64,000 nucleotides of DNA from positions 6,603 to 70,602 of the forward strand of contig CAWGEI010000005.1 of NCBI GenBank assembly GCA_963821585.1. The letters are read 5' to 3'. The DNA is from an uncultured Acidobacteriota bacterium (lineage in GTDB: Bacteria > Acidobacteriota > Thermoanaerobaculia > Gp7-AA8). The stretch's first letter is position 1. The number at the start of each line of letters is the position of its first letter. Below, piece after piece: positions 1 through 8,942 of the stretch. The translations under genes and the position numbers were made by a program. The notes beneath the pieces were generated by a model. The model was given only the letters and a program-made list of their open reading frames with translations. It ran no database searches and had not been told where the DNA came from.

Positions 1-348
1 GGCGTCGCGGCGTACCCAGGTCTTGCCGCCGTCGGCCGACATCGCGATCGCGCCGCCGCCCCACAGCCCCCACGCCGCCGCCCAGAGCTGCCCCTTCCCG
101 TCGAGCACGAGGTTGTCGACGACGTAGCCCGGGAAGGGGATGCCGTTCCGTGGCGACGTCCAGCTCTTCGCGCCGTCTCGGGAGACGTACACCTCACCGC
201 CGCTGGTGCCGAGGTAGAGGGTGTCCGGATCGCGCGGATCGACGATCAGCGCGCGGGTGTCCGCACCGTGCAGACCGGCCCTGCGCCATTGCGCCGCGGC
301 GGGAAGGGTGACGAGAAGGATCGCGAGGAGAATGAGGAGTTTACGCAT
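1..348 (-). CDS. BNR/Asp-box repeat (sialidase/Ycf48-like beta-propeller) secreted protein, N-terminal part; the gene runs off the left edge
   Basis: Not in the ORF track because it is truncated. Hand translation of the reverse strand from ATG (rc of 346-348) gives MRKLLILLAILLVTLPAAAQWRRAGLHG...GGEVYVSRDGAKSWTSPRNG...AMSADGGKTWVRRD. It has a signal peptide plus two S-x-D-x-G-x-x-W Asp-box motifs. Confidence 0.75.
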   Translation of the reverse strand, partial: MRKLLILLAILLVTLPAAAQWRRAGLHGADTRALIVDPRDPDTLYLGTSGGEVYVSRDGAKSWTSPRNGIPFPGYVVDNLVLDGKGQLWAAAWGLWGGGAIAMSADGGKTWVRRDA

Positions 349-423
349 GTCGGCCGTGTTCAGGATGTTTTACCACAGGCGGCCTAAGCAAACGGTCGGC
401 CACGCTGTTATTCTTCGCGGCCG

Positions 424-1287
424 ATGAACACCCTCCGGACGTGCGTCTTCCCCTGCGCGGGCTTCGGGACCCGCTTCTTTCCCGCCACGAAGGTCATCCC
501 GAAGGAGATGCTGCCGCTGGTCGACAAGCCGATCCTGCAGTACGGGATCGAGGAGGCGCGCGACTCCGGGCTGGACAAGCTGATCATCGTCACGTCCAAG
601 GGGAAGGACACGATCCTGGACCATTTCGACCGCACCGCGGAGCTCGAGCGCTCGCTGCAGGAGCGGGGGAAGAACGACCTGCTGGCGGAGGTGGACAACG
701 TCAGCCGCATGGTCGACCTCATCTCCGTCCGCCAGAAGGAAGCCCTCGGCCTCGGCCACGCGGTGCTGACCGCGAAGGACGCGGTGGGCGACCACCCGTT
801 CGCGGTCGTGCTGCCGGACGACGTCATCCTGGCCGAGGAGCCGTGCCTGCTGCAGATGCGGCACGTGTTCGAGGAGACCGGGCGTCCCGTCGTGGCGCTG
901 ATGGAAGTGTCGCGCGAGGAGACGTCGCGCTACGGCATCGTCGCCGGAGAGCTGGTCGGCGAGCGGCGGTTCCGGATCACGGACATGGTCGAGAAGCCGA
1001 AGGTCAAGCCACCGTCGCAGTACGCGATCATCGGACGCTACATCCTGCCGCCGGACATCTTCCCGCTGCTGGAGAAGACCGAGCGCGGCGCGGGCGGCGA
1101 GATCCAGCTCACGGACGCGCTGCGCGAGCTGGTGCGCACCGGGGACTTCTACGGCTACGTGTTCAAGGGGCAGCGCTACGACGCCGGCGAGAAGCTCGGC
1201 TACCTGAAAGCGACCGTCGACTACGCGCTGCGGCACCCGAAGCTCGGCAGCGAATTCCGCGAGTACCTGAAGACCGCCGTCTCGTGA
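424..1287 (+). CDS. galU: UTP--glucose-1-phosphate uridylyltransferase
   Basis: 287-aa ORF. The N-terminus CVFPCAGFGTRFFPATKVIPKEMLPLVDKPILQYGIEEA and the motif VLPDD are typical of GalU. Confidence 0.93.
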   Translation: MNTLRTCVFPCAGFGTRFFPATKVIPKEMLPLVDKPILQYGIEEARDSGLDKLIIVTSKGKDTILDHFDRTAELERSLQERGKNDLLAEVDNVSRMVDLISVRQKEALGLGHAVLTAKDAVGDHPFAVVLPDDVILAEEPCLLQMRHVFEETGRPVVALMEVSREETSRYGIVAGELVGERRFRITDMVEKPKVKPPSQYAIIGRYILPPDIFPLLEKTERGAGGEIQLTDALRELVRTGDFYGYVFKGQRYDAGEKLGYLKATVDYALRHPKLGSEFREYLKTAVS

Positions 1288-1742
1288 AAGACCCCGATAA
1301 GCACCTCGACAGGCACCTCGACGTACTGGACCTGCCCGAAGACCTGCGCGACCTGATTCGCGAGTGCGCGGCGAAGGGCACACGCACGGTATTCGAGCGC
1401 AACCGCCGCCCGGTGGCGGCACTGGTCTCGTACGACGAGTACATGGCCCTGCGCGAGACGATCGAGATCGCGAACGACTCCCTGCTCTTCGCCAAGATCG
1501 CCGAAGCGGACGACGAGGAGGTCGAGCAGCGCGGGAAATACGAGCGGTTGCGCTTCGCGAAATCCGCCGCACCGATCTACGACGCCGCGCTGCGCCGCAT
1601 CGAGCTCGACCCCATCGTAGGCGCGCCGCTGTTCGAACCGCTGAAGGGACTGTGGAGTTACCGGACCGAGGAGCTGCGGATCATCTACAAGATCGTCGCG
1701 GAGGCGAAGATCGTGGTGATTCTGCACGTCACGAAAATGTAG
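1284..1742 (+). CDS. Single-polypeptide fusion of a Phd/YefM-like antitoxin and a RelE/ParE-like toxin
   Basis: GTG at 1284 overlaps the galU stop (GTGA). The N-terminal half, RTVFERNRRPVAALVSYDEYMALRETIEIANDS, is Phd/YefM-like. The C-terminal half, RLRFAKSAA...LKGLWSYRTEELRIIYKIVAEAKIVVILHV, is RelE/ParE-like. No stop codon separates the two halves. The TAG stop lies inside the family-1 repeat. Confidence 0.7.
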   Translation: MKDPDKHLDRHLDVLDLPEDLRDLIRECAAKGTRTVFERNRRPVAALVSYDEYMALRETIEIANDSLLFAKIAEADDEEVEQRGKYERLRFAKSAAPIYDAALRRIELDPIVGAPLFEPLKGLWSYRTEELRIIYKIVAEAKIVVILHVTKM

Positions 1743-1800
1743 GGCGTGGCTTCAGCCCGCCCCCCCACGGGAGAGGCGGGCTGAAGCCACGCCCTACGTT
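1737..1800. repeat. Family-1 inverted-doublet (REPIN-like) element, copy 1
   Basis: Arms GTAGGGCGTGGCTTCAGCCCGCC / GGCGGGCTGAAGCCACGCCCTACGTT around a 14-nt loop. Confidence 0.9.
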
Positions 1801-1816
1801 CCTATAAACTCGCGAC

Positions 1817-2404
1817 GTGAAATTCATCCTTGCCTCGGCGTCGCCGCGACGGCGCGAGTTGCTGGCCTCGATCGGGCTCGAGTTCGAGGTCCGGCCGAGT
1901 CATGTGCCCGAGATTTATCGGGAGGGCGAGGCGCCGGCGGAGTATGTGGCGCGGCTGTCGCGGGACAAGGCGAACGCGCTGGCGACGGAGCATCCTTCCC
2001 GCTGGGTGATCGCCGCGGATACCACTGTCCTCCTCGGCGACGAGCTGCTGGAGAAGCCTGTCGATTCCGCCGATGCCGCGCGCATGCTGGGCACGATCGC
2101 GGGGAAGACGCACGTCGTGTACACCGGCGTCACGCTGCAGAACCTGGAGCGCGAGCACCACGACACGCGCGTGGCGGAGTCCGAGGTGCGGATGCTGCCG
2201 CTTTCGGCGGAGGAGATCGAGTGGTACGTTGCCACCGGCGAGCCGCTCGACAAGGCCGGTGCGTACGCCGTCCAGGGTATCGGCGCGATGTTCATCGATT
2301 CCATCCATGGCAGCTACACGAACGTAGTCGGACTGCCGCTTGCTACGCTTTTTCAGATGCTCAGAACAGCGGGCATCGACCCTCTTATGGAGCCTAAACC
2401 ATGA
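1817..2404 (+). CDS. maf: Maf-like nucleoside triphosphate pyrophosphatase (septum formation inhibitor family)
   Basis: 195 aa. ILASASPRRRELL...VIAADTTV...KAGAYAVQG matches Maf family signatures. Confidence 0.9.
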   Translation: MKFILASASPRRRELLASIGLEFEVRPSHVPEIYREGEAPAEYVARLSRDKANALATEHPSRWVIAADTTVLLGDELLEKPVDSADAARMLGTIAGKTHVVYTGVTLQNLEREHHDTRVAESEVRMLPLSAEEIEWYVATGEPLDKAGAYAVQGIGAMFIDSIHGSYTNVVGLPLATLFQMLRTAGIDPLMEPKP

Positions 2405-3948
2405 CGTCTGCAGCAAAAGTCGGCATCGTGATGCTGATCGCCCTGGCCGTTCTCGGATACTTCGTCCTCCGCATCGAGGACATCAGCCTGAGCCGCTCGA
2501 AGACCACGCACGTCGTGAAGGCGGTCTTCGACGACGTCGCCGGTCTCGACGACGAGTCGGCGGTGCGCATCGCCGGCGTCCGCAAAGGGCACGTGACGGA
2601 CATCAAGGTCCTGCCCGACGGCCGCGCGGTGGTGACGATGCAGGTGGACGACGACGTGCCCCTGCACACCAACGCGCAGGCGAAGGTGGCGAACCTCGGC
2701 CTCCTCGGTGAAAAGTACATCGAGCTGGATCCCGGATCAACGCAGGCTCCGGTGCTGAAGACGGACGGCGAGATCGAGCTGCCGGGGACGCAGCCGGCGA
2801 GCTTCGACGACGTGACGGACCAGGTCAAAGCCATCGCGGACGACGTGAAGGCGATCACCGAGTCGCTGCGCGCCGTCGCGGGCGGCCCGACGGGGCAGCA
2901 GCGCCTCGACGAGATCGTGGAGAACGTCCGCGTGATCACGGCGGAGACGCGGGCGCTGATCGCAGCGAACCGCAACAACGTGGACGCGACGCTGGAGAAC
3001 ACCCGCATCATCACCGAGCATCTCCGCAACGAGATCCCGCGCCTGGCGGAATCGATCGACCGCGTCGCGAAGCAGATGGGCGGAACGGTCGGCGAGAACC
3101 GCGAGGATGTACGCGTCGTCGTGCAGAACCTGCGCGGCCTCTCCTCCGACCTGCGCACGACGGCGGACAACCTGAACGCCATCACGGGCAAGGTGAAGAG
3201 CGGCGAAGGGACCGTGGGCAAGCTGTTCTACAGCGACGAAGCGCACGACAAGCTCACCAGCGCGCTGTCGTCCGTCGAAGGCGGCGTGAAGTCGCTGCAG
3301 GAGACCCTCGGCCGCGCCACCCGCATCCAGATGGACCTGGGCATCCGCGCGGATTACTACGCGGGGCTGTCCCAGCAGAAGATCGCGGGCATCGAGCCGA
3401 AGGAGTTCGGCTCGGGCAACTCGCGCAGCGCGGTGGGCCTGCGGCTGATCCCGAACCCGGACATCAACCGTTTCTACAACATCGAGCTGAGCGACGACCC
3501 GCGCGGGAAGCGGCGCGACAAGGTGAACGTCGAGACGCGCACGAACCCGGCCACTGGGCAGAGCGAGACCATCGTCACGGAGACGAGCCGCTACGAGCGC
3601 GACTTCCTGATCTCGGGTCAGGTCGGCTGGCAGCTCGACCCGGCGCTGGCAGTCCGCGTGGGACTGTTCGACAGCACCGGCGGCATGGGCGCGGACTACC
3701 GCCTCAACGACCGGCTCGTGGTGACGGGCGAAGCGTTCGACTTCGGCCAGCGCCGCGACGACAACCCGCACCTGCGCCTCTACGGCGAGTACACGGTCCG
3801 GAAGGAGAAGCCGCGCACGCCGCGCCTCTTCGTCACGAGCGGCATCGACAACGCGCTCAACGACACGGCCTTCACGTTCGGCGGCGGGCTGCGGTGGAAG
3901 GACGAAGACCTGAAGTACTTGCTGGGATCGATTCCCCTCGGAAAGTAG
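2401..3948 (+). CDS. MlaD/MCE-domain protein with a long C-terminal extension
   Basis: 515 aa. There is an N-terminal TM helix, then an MCE fold (VKAVFDDVAGLDDESAVRIAGVRKGHVTDIKV...ANLGLLGEKYIELDPG). The C-terminal half is rich in beta-strand-like segments. Confidence 0.85.
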   Translation: MTSAAKVGIVMLIALAVLGYFVLRIEDISLSRSKTTHVVKAVFDDVAGLDDESAVRIAGVRKGHVTDIKVLPDGRAVVTMQVDDDVPLHTNAQAKVANLGLLGEKYIELDPGSTQAPVLKTDGEIELPGTQPASFDDVTDQVKAIADDVKAITESLRAVAGGPTGQQRLDEIVENVRVITAETRALIAANRNNVDATLENTRIITEHLRNEIPRLAESIDRVAKQMGGTVGENREDVRVVVQNLRGLSSDLRTTADNLNAITGKVKSGEGTVGKLFYSDEAHDKLTSALSSVEGGVKSLQETLGRATRIQMDLGIRADYYAGLSQQKIAGIEPKEFGSGNSRSAVGLRLIPNPDINRFYNIELSDDPRGKRRDKVNVETRTNPATGQSETIVTETSRYERDFLISGQVGWQLDPALAVRVGLFDSTGGMGADYRLNDRLVVTGEAFDFGQRRDDNPHLRLYGEYTVRKEKPRTPRLFVTSGIDNALNDTAFTFGGGLRWKDEDLKYLLGSIPLGK

Positions 3949-5031
3949 ATGATCCAAGTCATCCTCCTCTTTGGCGGAAGGTCCGCCGAGCACGAAGTCT
4001 CGATTCTGTCCGCGCGGTCGGTGGTGAAGGCCGCGCCGGCGGACCGCATCACGTTCACGCCGATGTGCATCGCACGCGACGGGAGGTTCGTCGCGCCGGA
4101 GCGCAGCGCGCGGATTCTGGAAGGCGCGGAGAAGAGCGTCGAAGGCGACGCGGATTTCTCGTTCGAGATCTGGTCCCGTACCGCGACGATCGACCTGGTC
4201 TTTCCGCTGATCCACGGCACGGGCGGCGAGGACGGCGCGCTGCAGGGCTATCTGGAAATCCTCGGGCTGCCGTACGGCGGCAGCAGCGTCACCGCGTCGG
4301 CCGTGGCGATGGACAAGGTCCACATGAAGCAGGCGTTCGCCGCGGCGAAGCTGCCGATGGTGGATTTCGTTCCCGTGCAGGAACACGACTGGCGGAACGA
4401 GCGCGAGCGCGTCGTGCGCGCGGTGACCAACGCGCTGCGGCTGCCGTATTTCGTGAAGCCCGCGAACACCGGCTCGTCGGTGGGTGTCACGAAGGTGAAG
4501 AACGACAAGGACCTTGCGACGGCCATGGACCACGCGTTCCGGTTCGACGAGAAATTGCTGATCGAGCGGGGAGTGGACGCGAGAGAGATCGAGGTCTCGA
4601 TCCTCGGCAACGAGACGCCGCAGGGATCGGTGCCGGGGGAGATCGTCGTGGGCCGGGAGTTCTACGACTACACGGACAAGTACGTGGAGAACAAGTCCTC
4701 CCTGGTCATCCCGGCGAAGCTGGCGAGCGACAAGGCGGCGGAGATCCAGCGACTGGCAATCGCCGCGTTCAAGGCGGTCGGGGCGTCGGGGTTCGCGCGC
4801 GTGGACTTCTTCCTCGAGCGGGGCACGAACCGGCTGTACCTGAACGAGATCAACACCATCCCTGGATTCACGAACATTTCGATGTACCCCAAGCTGTGGG
4901 AAGCGACGGAGCTGAAGTACCCCCGGCTGATCGAGCGCCTCATCACCCTCGGCATCGAGCGCTCCAAGGCGCGCAAGGCGCGCGGGGAGTCGACGATGCG
5001 CTGGTTCGACGAGGTGGCGCCGATTACGTAG
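3949..5031 (+). CDS. ddl: D-alanine--D-alanine ligase
   Basis: 360 aa. LLFGGRSAEHEVSILSA, HGTGGEDGALQG and EINTIPGFT are Ddl motifs. The stop TAG lies in ACGTAGGGCG, a family-1 repeat terminus fragment. Confidence 0.93.
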   Translation: MIQVILLFGGRSAEHEVSILSARSVVKAAPADRITFTPMCIARDGRFVAPERSARILEGAEKSVEGDADFSFEIWSRTATIDLVFPLIHGTGGEDGALQGYLEILGLPYGGSSVTASAVAMDKVHMKQAFAAAKLPMVDFVPVQEHDWRNERERVVRAVTNALRLPYFVKPANTGSSVGVTKVKNDKDLATAMDHAFRFDEKLLIERGVDAREIEVSILGNETPQGSVPGEIVVGREFYDYTDKYVENKSSLVIPAKLASDKAAEIQRLAIAAFKAVGASGFARVDFFLERGTNRLYLNEINTIPGFTNISMYPKLWEATELKYPRLIERLITLGIERSKARKARGESTMRWFDEVAPIT

Positions 5032-5043
5032 GGCGCGTGTGTC

Positions 5044-5213
5044 CTGTCGCCCGCTACGCGGGCTCGTTCCAACGCCCGCTTCGTGTTCCCCCGGCTGAAG
5101 CCGGGGGCTATTTTCTGGCAGCCCGCTACGCGGGCAAGAGGCAATAGACCCCGGCTTCAGCCGGGGGAACGAGCGCGCGACGTTGGATCGAGTCCGCGTA
5201 GCGGGCGGCAGAC
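5044..5213. repeat. Family-2 nested composite palindrome, copy A
   Basis: Layout is CTGTCGCCCGCTACGCGGGCTCG ... CCCCCGGCTGAAGCCGGGGGCTATTTTCT ... GCCCGCTACGCGGGC ... AATAGACCCCGGCTTCAGCCGGGGG ... CGAGTCCGCGTAGCGGGCGGCAGAC. Confidence 0.9.
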
Positions 5214-5294
5214 AACGCGTGTTTGGAGTGCGGATCAGCTACCATCGCGCGATCGTGCCCATCAGCGCAGAATGAAGTCCACCGCCCCCTGATC

Positions 5295-6938
5295 ATGTGG
5301 CCCCTTCGCATCGCCGCTGCGCGGCTTCGTCCCTTCAACGCCTCCACGTTCATCCGCACGGGGATCGTGCTGGTCGTCGTCGCGGCGTTCCTCGTCGGCG
5401 ACTACGCGCTGTTTGCGCGGCTCTTCGGCGCGATCGCGGGCGTCGAGTCGGAGACGCCGCTCTTTGCCCTCGGCCTGCTCCGCAACCTGCTCGGGCTGGT
5501 GTTTCTCGTCGCGACGGTGACGCTGTTGTCCTCCGCGATGGCGGCGGCGATCGCGTCGTACTTCACGGACCTCGATCTCGACATCTACCACGCCGGTCCG
5601 CGGTCGAAGCTGCGCATCGCCCTCTCACGGTGGCTGAAGACGCTGGTGCAGAGCGCGACGGTGGTGTTCCTATTTCTCGTGCCGCTGATCGTCGCCTTCG
5701 CGCGCCAGTACGACAAGCCGTTCGCGTTCTATCCCGCCGTGCTGGTGAACCTCGCGCTGCTGCTGACGATCCCGGTGACGCTGGCCTCGATCGTCATCCT
5801 GATGCTCGTGCGCTGGTTTCCGGTGCGACGGGTCTACCAGATCGTGGCGTCGATCGCCGTACTCGTGCTGACGCTGGTCGTGATCGCGTTCCGCATGAGC
5901 CGGCCGGAGCGCTTCTTCGCCGAGCTCTCGACGATTGACGTGGCCGAGGTGCTGCGGGCGATCGAGCTGCCTTCGATGAGCATCTATCCGAGCACGTCGC
6001 TCGCGGAACTGATGACGCGCAGCGATGCAGCGCCGTTCGCGCCGCGCATCGTGCTGATCGCGCTGATCGCGTTCATGGCATTCGCGGTGCTGGCGCGGGC
6101 GTGGTACTTCCGCGCGTTCGTGCGGGCGCGGGAGAGCATGGCGCCGGCGGCGATCGGGGCGTCGTCCGCGACGCGCATCCTGGACCGGCTCTTCGCGCGC
6201 GCGGACCCGCCGCTGCGGGCGATGATCGGCAAGGAAGTGCGCACGATCGGGCGCGACGTCGCGCAGTGGTCGCAGGTGTTCCTCATGGGCGCGCTGCTGT
6301 TCATCTATCTCTACAACATCCGCATGCTGCCGCTGGGCGGCGACGCGCGCGCGACGCTGGTGGCGTACGCGAACCTCGGCATGTCGGGCTTCGTGATCGC
6401 GGCGATCTGCCTGCGTTTCGCGTATCCGTCGGTGTCGGCGGAGGGGAAGGCGTTCTGGCTGATCCAGAGCGCGCCGATCTCGTACCGCGACTTCCTGCTG
6501 GTGAAGGTCGCGGTCTACGCGGCGCCGCTGACGCTGCTCTCGCTGCTGCTCACCGCGTTCGCGAATTTCATCCTCGGCGCGAACGCGGTGGTGTGGACGT
6601 TCACGCTGGCGGGCGCGCTGCTGCTGGCGGTGACGCTGGTGAGCCTGGGCGTGGGCCTCGGCGCGCTCTCGCCGGACTTCAACGCGGAGAATCCGCTGCA
6701 GGTGGGGCTGTCGCTGGGAGGATTCGGCTACATGGCCATTTCGCTCGCGTACGTCGCGGCGGTGATGGTGCTGATGGCCCGTCCGGTGATGAGCTACTTC
6801 CTGCGCGTGGTGGGCGTGGAGCAGGCCGCGATCTCGGCGACGATCCCGATCGTGATTGCGCTCACGTTGTCCGCGCTGCTATCGGTGATATCTCTGCTGG
6901 CAGCGGAACGCCGCCTCACCCGCTTCAAAAGCGATTAG
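5295..6938 (+). CDS. Polytopic membrane protein (10 or more predicted TM helices; ABC-2/'putative ABC exporter'-like)
   Basis: The ORF is open from 5223, but the upstream part reads through the repeat. The ATG at 5295 (MWPLRIAAARL...) is the more likely start. The sequence is hydrophobic throughout. Confidence 0.75.
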   Translation: MWPLRIAAARLRPFNASTFIRTGIVLVVVAAFLVGDYALFARLFGAIAGVESETPLFALGLLRNLLGLVFLVATVTLLSSAMAAAIASYFTDLDLDIYHAGPRSKLRIALSRWLKTLVQSATVVFLFLVPLIVAFARQYDKPFAFYPAVLVNLALLLTIPVTLASIVILMLVRWFPVRRVYQIVASIAVLVLTLVVIAFRMSRPERFFAELSTIDVAEVLRAIELPSMSIYPSTSLAELMTRSDAAPFAPRIVLIALIAFMAFAVLARAWYFRAFVRARESMAPAAIGASSATRILDRLFARADPPLRAMIGKEVRTIGRDVAQWSQVFLMGALLFIYLYNIRMLPLGGDARATLVAYANLGMSGFVIAAICLRFAYPSVSAEGKAFWLIQSAPISYRDFLLVKVAVYAAPLTLLSLLLTAFANFILGANAVVWTFTLAGALLLAVTLVSLGVGLGALSPDFNAENPLQVGLSLGGFGYMAISLAYVAAVMVLMARPVMSYFLRVVGVEQAAISATIPIVIALTLSALLSVISLLAAERRLTRFKSD

Positions 6939-6976
6939 AATCGAACCGCCTGAAGACAATCCGGCAAGGAGAAGAA

Positions 6977-7408
6977 ATGACCGCTATTCCTCCGCCCACG
7001 GTCCCCCCTGTGACTCCTCCGCCACCGGGAGGCGGGTCGTACACTCCGCCGCCCCCACCGCCACCGGGCGGAGTCAGCCCCAGCTCCGACCGGACGCTGA
7101 TGATCGTGCTCTCATACCTCGGCCTGCTCGCTCTGATTCCGTATCTGACGAAGAAGGAAGACGCCGAGATCCACTGGCACGCGAAGAACGGCGTGGGCCT
7201 GCTAATCCTCGATGTGGTGGTCGGGGTCGCCCTGTTCGTCCTCGGCATGATCATCAATCAGGTAGGCATTCCCTGTGGCTCGTTGGCCGTGAGCTGCATC
7301 GTCTGGATCGGCATCCTCGTCCTGCACGTTTACTGCATCACCCAGGCGGTCGGCGGAAAGCGTCCGCGGATCCCGGTCGTGACCGACTTCGCCGAGAAAT
7401 CGCTCTAA
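6977..7408 (+). CDS. Pro-rich N-terminus plus DUF4870-like 3-TM membrane protein
   Basis: ATG at 6977 is preceded by AAGGAGAAG. Sequence: MTAIPPPTVPPVTPPPPGGGSYTPPPPPPPGG...LMIVLSYLGLLALIPYLTKKEDAEIHWHAKNGVGLLIL. It is embedded in the longer spurious ORF 6101..7408. Confidence 0.8.
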   Translation: MTAIPPPTVPPVTPPPPGGGSYTPPPPPPPGGVSPSSDRTLMIVLSYLGLLALIPYLTKKEDAEIHWHAKNGVGLLILDVVVGVALFVLGMIINQVGIPCGSLAVSCIVWIGILVLHVYCITQAVGGKRPRIPVVTDFAEKSL

Positions 7409-7418
7409 GGTAGATCGG

Positions 7419-7739
7419 ATGTCCGACTCCACGCCACCGTCCCCACCACCCGCCCCCGCCGGTCCCGGCGGGGGTGGTCTCGTCTATCCGGCCAATCCGC
7501 CGAAAGACCCGGTTCTGATTCTCATCCTGAACCTAGTCTTCGGAATCGGGTACATCATGATGGGCCAGAAGACGAAAGGGATCGTCGCCATCGGTGCTTT
7601 CTGGGTGGTGACGTTCGCAACGTGCGGCCCGGGGAGCATCATCGCCGCGTTGTATGCGATCGACGGCTACCTGCAAGCGCAGCAGCTCCAGCAGGGACAC
7701 CCGGTCGGCGAGTGGACGTTCTTCAACGACCATCGGTAG
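7419..7739 (+). CDS. Pro-rich N-terminus plus TM2-like small membrane protein
   Basis: 106 aa: MSDSTPPSPPPAPAGPGGGG...LILNLVFGIGYIMMGQKTKGIVAIGAFW...YAIDGYLQAQ. Confidence 0.75.
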   Translation: MSDSTPPSPPPAPAGPGGGGLVYPANPPKDPVLILILNLVFGIGYIMMGQKTKGIVAIGAFWVVTFATCGPGSIIAALYAIDGYLQAQQLQQGHPVGEWTFFNDHR

Positions 7740-7743
7740 TCTT

Positions 7744-7836
7744 TGGAGTGCGGCGACGACTAGTCGCCGCTTTTCAATCTTTGCACGCTGAGCGCTCGAA
7801 GATAGGAAAGCGGCGACTCGCCGTCGCCGCACTCCA
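7744..7836. repeat. Long hairpin between convergent genes (30-nt arms, about 33-nt spacer)
   Basis: TGGAGTGCGGCGACGACTAGTCGCCGCTTT pairs with AAAGCGGCGACTCGCCGTCGCCGCACTCCA (3 mismatches). Each arm is itself self-complementary (GCGGCGAC/GTCGCCGC). Confidence 0.85.
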
Positions 7837-7838
7837 TA

Positions 7839-8204
7839 TCAGAACGGGTACAGCGGCGTGTTCCGCACGATCCAGTAGCTGGTCAGGACGAAGAACGCCG
7901 CCCACGCGAACCAGGGTTGCATGAGGAAGCGGGGCTGGCGACCTCGGAACAGGCTGGGGAGCGCGCACAGGGTCACGGCCAGCAGCAGGAAGAGCATCGG
8001 ATTGAGGCGGAAGGCCTCTTCGACGCGGCCGTGCAGCAGATGATGGAGCGCGCGCGTGGTGCCGCAGCCGGGGCATTCCAAGCCCGTCATCAGCCGGAAG
8101 GGGCATTGGGGGTAGAAGGCGTACGCCGTCGGCGGGAAGGTGAAGAGCACCCACCCACCGACGGCAGCCACGGCCGCGCTAACCGCGATTCGCCTGAGCT
8201 GCAC
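7839..8204 (-). CDS. DUF2752 family membrane protein
   Basis: 121 aa. CPFRLMTGLECPGCGTTRALHHLLHGRVEEAFRLNP is the DUF2752 signature. The gene overlaps the upstream gene by 26 nt. Confidence 0.85.
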   Translation of the reverse strand: MQLRRIAVSAAVAAVGGWVLFTFPPTAYAFYPQCPFRLMTGLECPGCGTTRALHHLLHGRVEEAFRLNPMLFLLLAVTLCALPSLFRGRQPRFLMQPWFAWAAFFVLTSYWIVRNTPLYPF

Positions 8205-8595
8205 TGATTGCCTGCATCATGTTGGCGCCGAAGACGATTCCCCAGATGATCGTGGCGACCAAGCCAACGCCAACGCCGATGAGCAGGAACATCTTCGCCT
8301 TCTGCGACGCTTCCTGCGCGCCGGCGATGTCGCCCTGCGCGAGCTTGGAATTGACCTGCGCGGAGAAGATGATCGCCACGATGCCGAGCGGGAGGCAGCA
8401 GCAGAGCGTGACCACGATCGACTGCCACAGGTAGTTCGGGATGGTCGCGGCGCCGACCGGCGGCGGCGCACCGAAGTTCGACGGCGGCGGGGGAGGCGTA
8501 TACGACGACGGAGCCCCGGCGCTCAGGGAGCGTCCGCAGTTCACGCAGACCGAGGCGTTATCGAGGTTGGACGTACCGCAATTCGGACAGTTCAA
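8179..8595 (-). CDS. Zinc-ribbon + Pro-rich linker + CD225/dispanin-family membrane protein
   Basis: CPNCGTSNLDNASVCVNCG, then PNYLWQSIVVTLCCCLPLGIVAIIFSAQVNSKLAQGDIAGAQEASQKAK. The likely start is TTG at 8595, 6 nt after AAGGAGG. The ORF track extends it to 8694. Confidence 0.85.
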   Translation of the reverse strand: MNCPNCGTSNLDNASVCVNCGRSLSAGAPSSYTPPPPPSNFGAPPPVGAATIPNYLWQSIVVTLCCCLPLGIVAIIFSAQVNSKLAQGDIAGAQEASQKAKMFLLIGVGVGLVATIIWGIVFGANMMQAISAAQANRG

Positions 8596-8606
8596 ACCAT
8601 TCCTCC

Positions 8607-8942
8607 TTATTTCGACGTGGCGATCGAGTATCCGATGAACGCCGCGTACGCGAGACCGATCAGAGCACCGGCACCGAAGGCGATCCAGCACCACATCTTT
8701 GCCTTCTCGGACGCTTCCTGGGCGCCCCCGACGTCACCGGCGTGCAGCTTCGAGTTTACCTGCGCGGCATAGATGATCGCCACGACTCCGAGGGGCATGC
8801 AGCAGCAGAACGCCGTCAGCACTGCCTGCACGAGGTAGTTGTTGATCTGCGGCAGAGGCGGAAAGCGGCGGATGCGCTCGTTGCAGTTCGTGCAGACGGT
8901 GGCGTTGTCGGCGCGGGCCACGCCGCAGCTCGTGCAGAACAT
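8607..8942 (-). CDS. Zinc-ribbon + CD225/dispanin-family membrane protein (paralog)
   Basis: 111 aa: MFCTSCGVARADNATVCTNCN...NNYLVQAVLTAFCCCMPLGVVAIIYAAQVNSKLHAGDVGGAQEASEKAK. Confidence 0.88.
   Translation of the reverse strand: MFCTSCGVARADNATVCTNCNERIRRFPPLPQINNYLVQAVLTAFCCCMPLGVVAIIYAAQVNSKLHAGDVGGAQEASEKAKMWCWIAFGAGALIGLAYAAFIGYSIATSK

Noticed and set aside
5223-5294. N-terminal extension of the membrane protein ORF (start at 5223).
   Set aside because: The first 24 codons read out of the family-2 repeat region. The ATG at 5295, which begins MWPLRIAAARL, is the more plausible start.
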